From an uncultured Anaerolineaceae bacterium (lineage in GTDB: Bacteria; Chloroflexota; Anaerolineae; Anaerolineales; Villigracilaceae), in contig CAYJKQ010000001.1 of the NCBI GenBank assembly GCA_964370815.1, positions 285,812-317,811 on the forward strand: 32,000 bases of DNA. Reading direction: 5' to 3'. Under the pieces are notes generated by a model that saw only the letters and a list, made by a program, of their open reading frames with translations, ran no database searches and was not told the origin of the DNA. Positions 27,930 through 32,000 of this stretch are shown piece by piece (position 1 is the stretch's first letter; every line of letters starts with the position of its first letter). A program made the position numbers and the translations under genes.

Positions 27930-29060
27930 TTATTCTTTTTCATAACGTCCATATCGATAATAAGCAGCGCAAGCGCCTTCTGTTGAAACCATCGTAGCTC
28001 CAAGTGGAGTTTGAGGTGTACATTTATTCCCAAATGCAGAACATTCGTTTGGTTTTTTTCTGCCTTGCAAGACCAACCCGCTAATACATAAATCAGATTC
28101 TTTTGTTTCTATGGATTGGATTTCGGGAAAACGCAACTCGGCATCATATTCGGCAAATTCCGGGCGTAAACGGTAACCTGATTGAGGAATTACTCCTAAA
28201 CCGCGCCAGGGTCGGTCACATAATTCAAAAACACGTTCGATAATGGCTTGAGCGGAAGGATTTCCTTCCCTTACAACTGAGCGGGAATACGCATTCTCTA
28301 CTTTATGTTGACCCTTTTCCAATTGATTTACACATTTCAAGATTCCGTGGACAACGTCCACTGGTTCGAATCCAGTGACTACGATAGGAATTTTATATTT
28401 TTCCGCAAGGAGTTCGTATTCCCAGAAACCCATTACCGTACAAACATGTCCAGCAGCCAGAAACCCGTCAACCTTGACATCAGGAGACTCCATTAGAGCA
28501 ATTATGGCAGCCGGTACAATCACGTGCGAAACCAGCATGGCAAAATTATTGATTCCCTGTCTTTGGGCTTGAATAATTGCCATGGCGTTAGGAGGGGTTG
28601 TGGTTTCGAAACCTATTCCAAAAAAAATAACGGTTTTATCGGGATTATCATGAGCGATTTTAAGGGTATCAAGGGGGGAGTAAAGTATGCGTACATCACC
28701 CCCTGCTGCTTTAACAGATAAGAGATCACTGGCAGATCCGGGAACACGCAACATATCTCCATAGGATGTGAAGATAACATCTTTACGGGATGCCAATGCA
28801 ATTGCTTTGTCAATTAATTCAAGAGGTGTCACGCACACCGGGCAACCTGGTCCATGCACCAGGTTGATTTCTTCGGGTAATAATTGGTCGAGACCAGATT
28901 TGATTATGGAATGAGTCTGACCTCCACAGACTTCCATTAATGTCCAATCTCTGGTAAGGACGCTGGCCAATTCTTTTAAGAGTTTACTTGTTAGTTCAGC
29001 GTCACGGTATTCTTCAATATATTTCAATTCATCATCCTTCTTCGTCAGCCATTGCCGCAA
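27930..29060 (-). CDS. hypD: Hydrogenase maturation factor HypD
   Basis: [64 protein letters not shown]. Confidence 0.96.
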   Translation of the reverse strand: MRQWLTKKDDELKYIEEYRDAELTSKLLKELASVLTRDWTLMEVCGGQTHSIIKSGLDQLLPEEINLVHGPGCPVCVTPLELIDKAIALASRKDVIFTSYGDMLRVPGSASDLLSVKAAGGDVRILYSPLDTLKIAHDNPDKTVIFFGIGFETTTPPNAMAIIQAQRQGINNFAMLVSHVIVPAAIIALMESPDVKVDGFLAAGHVCTVMGFWEYELLAEKYKIPIVVTGFEPVDVVHGILKCVNQLEKGQHKVENAYSRSVVREGNPSAQAIIERVFELCDRPWRGLGVIPQSGYRLRPEFAEYDAELRFPEIQSIETKESDLCISGLVLQGRKKPNECSAFGNKCTPQTPLGATMVSTEGACAAYYRYGRYEKE

Positions 29061-29274
29061 TCTGATTTAAAAGTTGCATGGTTTCAAGTGCTTCTGTTTC
29101 ATCTATGATTGATAAGCCAAATCCAACATGAATGAGTGTATAGTCGCCAATTTTTATTTCGGGCAAATATTCCATGCAGGCTTCTTTAATAACCCCGCTG
29201 AAATCAATTCTAGCCATTTTCATACCATTAGATTCATAAAGCTCAATTACTTTCCCGGGAATTCCAAGACACAT
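29032..29274 (-). CDS. hypC: Hydrogenase maturation chaperone HypC
   Basis: [12 protein letters not shown]...[23 protein letters not shown]. The start was trimmed to the diagnostic MCLGIPG. Confidence 0.94.
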   Translation of the reverse strand: MCLGIPGKVIELYESNGMKMARIDFSGVIKEACMEYLPEIKIGDYTLIHVGFGLSIIDETEALETMQLLNQIAAMADEEG

Positions 29275-29292
29275 GATACACCTCAAATTTGA

Positions 29293-29973
29293 TTATTGAT
29301 CATACAATAAATTAGACTTCCAATTTTTTACTTTGTCTACCAGCCAATCAGCACATTTTTCCATGCCTTCACCTGTTTTAGCTGATAATGGAAAGGTTTC
29401 CAGGTTGGGGTTAAGTATCTCCACGCCTTTTCTGAAGTAATCCATATTAAATGATACATAAGGCATAAGATCGATTTTGCTAATAACCAGAGCATCCACA
29501 CCCCGGTAAGCTCCCGGATATTTATAGGGTTTATCATCACCCTCAGGAATGGAAGCAACAAGCAAATTCATATGGCTACCAATCTTAAAGTTTATTGGGC
29601 ATACAAGATTGCCAACGTTTTCGATGATTACAAGATCAAGATTATTGAGAGGGAGGGATGGCAATGCACCTGCCACCATTGCTGCATCAAGGTGACATTC
29701 ACCACCGGTATTAATTTGAACTGCTGGTAAACCAGCAGCAGTTGCTTTATCTGTATCAATTGAAGATGCCAAATCGCCTTCTATTACTCCCATGCGCAAA
29801 CGGTTGCGTAACGCTTCAAGTAACTTTATTATGAAGGTAGTTTTACCTGCACCAGGAGAGGCCATGATATTAATTACAAAGACGCCGGCAGTATCAAACT
29901 GCTGGCGAATAATCTCAGCAAGTTTATCATTAGCAGATAGGATTTTTTCAGTAACTTGTATACGGGTTGACAT
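29293..29973 (-). CDS. hypB: Hydrogenase nickel incorporation GTPase HypB
   Basis: NIMASPGAGKTTFIIKLLEAL, GVIEGDLASSIDTDK, GECHLDAAMV, IIENVGNLVCP, ISKIDLMPY. Confidence 0.95.
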   Translation of the reverse strand: MSTRIQVTEKILSANDKLAEIIRQQFDTAGVFVINIMASPGAGKTTFIIKLLEALRNRLRMGVIEGDLASSIDTDKATAAGLPAVQINTGGECHLDAAMVAGALPSLPLNNLDLVIIENVGNLVCPINFKIGSHMNLLVASIPEGDDKPYKYPGAYRGVDALVISKIDLMPYVSFNMDYFRKGVEILNPNLETFPLSAKTGEGMEKCADWLVDKVKNWKSNLLYDQ

Positions 29974-29976
29974 AAA

Positions 29977-30318
29977 TTACTCCACATCAATACTTTCAAC
30001 ACGCATCTCATCACCCTGGATGACTTGGACTCGAATGCTTTTGCATGCTAGGCAATCAAATGAATCAGAATTGGGGACAAAAATAAGACCACAATCAAAA
30101 CAGCGCATTTCTGTTGGAATGCGCTTAATATTCAATTTTGCCCCAAGAGCAATTGTACCTTCACTTATAATATCCCAATAAAACTGGATAGAATCATCCA
30201 CCAGGCTCGTCATTTGCCCAATTTGGAGATTTATACCGGTTATTTGTTTTGCATCAACTTTCCGGGCATTTTCCAGGGCAATAGTTAAGATACTTTGGGT
30301 GATGGCTAGTTCATGCAT
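29977..30318 (-). CDS. hypA: Hydrogenase nickel incorporation protein HypA
   Basis: MHELAITQSILTIALENARK and zinc motifs MRCFDCGLIF...FDCLACKS. The start was trimmed from 30342 to MHELAI. Confidence 0.93.
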   Translation of the reverse strand: MHELAITQSILTIALENARKVDAKQITGINLQIGQMTSLVDDSIQFYWDIISEGTIALGAKLNIKRIPTEMRCFDCGLIFVPNSDSFDCLACKSIRVQVIQGDEMRVESIDVE

Positions 30319-30515
30319 TAAATATTCTCTAAAAGTTAACAAGGGATATGAGTAAAAAAACTCGGGTTTCGATGATTTTTATAAGATAATTGAATTCTTA
30401 ATTTTTATATCAAGAAATTAGCTAGTTGCTTAACAAATTCATATCATGTAATATATCATGGAACTATTAAAACAATAGGGGGTTATCCTTAAATAATATT
30501 TAAATTGGAGGAGAA

Positions 30516-31919
30516 ATGACAGAATTGGAAAAAAATCAAATGGTAAACGATAAGAAAGAGATACGTGGATGGGCAATGTATGATTGGGCAAATTCAGCTT
30601 TTAGCACAACTGTAGGCACGGTTTTTCTTGGTCCATATCTTGCATCATTGGCAGCGACCGCAGCAATGGGGTCTACAGATGGTATGGCGCGTTTTCTTGG
30701 AATTCCAATTGCACCAGATTCGTTTTTACCATATTGCGTTTCTTTGTCCGTATTTTTGCAGGTCATATTCTTACCAATTTTGGGGGCAATAGCGGATTAT
30801 TCACACCTTCGTAAACAAATGATGCGTCTTTTTGCAACCCTGGGTGCTGTAGCAACAATTGGATTATTTTTTGTGACTGAACCATTATGGTGGTTGGGAG
30901 GATTACTCTTTATGATTGCCAACTTAGCTTTTGGTGCAGCCATGGTTTTTTATAATTCATATTTGCCGGATATTGCCAGTGAAGATCAACGCGATCGCGT
31001 CTCATCTTTCGGTTGGGCAATGGGATATTTAGGTGGAGGACTTTTACTACTATTAAATTTGGTTTTCTACTTGACACATGAAAAACTTGGTGTTCCTACA
31101 GGACTTGCCATCCGTATAAATCTGGCTAGTGCTGGCGTGTGGTGGTTGGGTTTCTCGTTTTTAACTTGGTCTCATTTACGAGCCCGTAAAGCTGCGCGAC
31201 CATTACCCGTTAATGAAACATATACCAGTGCTGGGTTTAAGCAATTGAGAAAAACGGTCAAAGAATTAAAGAATTTCCCGGAGACAATAAAATATCTCAT
31301 TGCATATTTCTTATATAATGATGGTATCCAGACTGTAATCGCTGTTGCAGCCACATTTGCAGCTGCACCAATAATTCGGGGAGGAATACAAGTTGACCAA
31401 AGTACTTTGACTATGGTAATCCTTATGATCCAATTTGTTGCATTTGGAGGCGCATTGTTCTGGGGAAAATTGGCGAAATGGGTTGGTGCAAAGGAATCCA
31501 TCATTATTAGCTTGGTTATTTGGTCCGGTGTTACTATCTTTGCTTATTTTGGATTGAAAGGAGATTCCCGCGTTTTACAATTCTGGGTGTTGGGTTTCTT
31601 TATTGCCTTAGTTATGGGTGGCAGCCAGGCTATTAGCCGCAGCCTTTTCTCACAAATGGTTCCAATTGGAAAAGAAGCTGAGTATTTCTCTTTTTACGAG
31701 ATCAGTGAGCGAGGCACCTCCTGGATTGGTCCAATGCTTTTTGGTGTTGTAAACCAGTTGTTCGGAAGTTTGCGCCCTGCGATCTTGTCGTTAATATTTT
31801 TCTTCGTTTTGGGATTGATCTTACTACCATTTGTAAATGTTAAGAAAGCTATTGCGGATGTGAAAGCAAATGAACTTGTAGAAAATTTGCATAAGATATT
31901 TGAATGGATGCAGTCTTAA
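30516..31919 (+). CDS. MFS transporter, UMF1/Atg22-like family
   Basis: EIRGWAMYDWANSAFSTTVGTVFLGPYLA, GAIADYSHLRKQMM, SSFGWAMGYLGGGLLLLLNLV, GGSQAISRSLFSQMVPIGKEAEYFSFYEISERGTSWIGP. Confidence 0.88.
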   Translation: MTELEKNQMVNDKKEIRGWAMYDWANSAFSTTVGTVFLGPYLASLAATAAMGSTDGMARFLGIPIAPDSFLPYCVSLSVFLQVIFLPILGAIADYSHLRKQMMRLFATLGAVATIGLFFVTEPLWWLGGLLFMIANLAFGAAMVFYNSYLPDIASEDQRDRVSSFGWAMGYLGGGLLLLLNLVFYLTHEKLGVPTGLAIRINLASAGVWWLGFSFLTWSHLRARKAARPLPVNETYTSAGFKQLRKTVKELKNFPETIKYLIAYFLYNDGIQTVIAVAATFAAAPIIRGGIQVDQSTLTMVILMIQFVAFGGALFWGKLAKWVGAKESIIISLVIWSGVTIFAYFGLKGDSRVLQFWVLGFFIALVMGGSQAISRSLFSQMVPIGKEAEYFSFYEISERGTSWIGPMLFGVVNQLFGSLRPAILSLIFFFVLGLILLPFVNVKKAIADVKANELVENLHKIFEWMQS

Positions 31920-32000
31920 TCAAAAAACTGCATCCATTTGTTTAACAATTGGTCATTTTTTCAATTACCAAAAAATGGGCTTTGAATTTCACAAATTATC

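Noticed and set aside
31941-31980. CATTTTTT...AAAAAATG inverted repeat after the last MFS gene, considered as a terminator
   Set aside because: The stem is almost entirely A/T with little GC closure, so support as an intrinsic terminator is insufficient.
1-32000. Search for CRISPR arrays, transposases, integrases, phage genes, toxin-antitoxin or defence operons
   Set aside because: I recognised no spaced direct repeats, transposase or integrase motifs, or defence-type domains. All larger ORFs resemble ordinary metabolic, maturation or transport proteins. Tandem GATTAATC and TGAATTAT repeats are too short and unspaced for CRISPR.

Overview
The window is a 32 kb stretch of bacterial chromosome with a housekeeping and metabolic character. 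Gene content and protein style suggest a Chloroflexi/Anaerolineae-type anaerobe, but that assignment is inference. I found no phage, transposon, CRISPR array or defence system. Supported content, left to right: a 5'-truncated ornithine aminotransferase, alanine dehydrogenase-like protein, acetyl-CoA hydrolase/CoA-transferase and pyruvate kinase (+); KorAB 2-oxoacid:ferredoxin oxidoreductase with a GntR/FadR-type regulator (-); an M20 peptidase, PIG-L deacetylase, PSP1 protein and Mrp ATPase (-); a compact NuoB / fused NuoCD / NuoI cluster (-) divergent from a SufR-like (COG2345-type) regulator (+); a THUMP methyltransferase, YgiQ-type radical SAM protein and glmS (-); a GNAT-like protein and an MFS transporter (-); tRNA-Pro(CGG) (+); an LLM-class flavin oxidoreductase (+); hypABCDE (-); and a UMF1-like MFS transporter (+). 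Two non-coding signals stand out. One is a glmS self-cleaving ribozyme in the leader of glmS, carrying a large insertion between its P2-region arms. The other is a perfect 30-bp palindrome between near-consensus divergent promoters for the nuo cluster and the SufR-like regulator. Smaller leads are candidate unannotated small ORFs (34 aa upstream of mrp; 36 aa transmembrane plus 88 aa after the tRNA) and a hyp cluster without hypF or hydrogenase genes.
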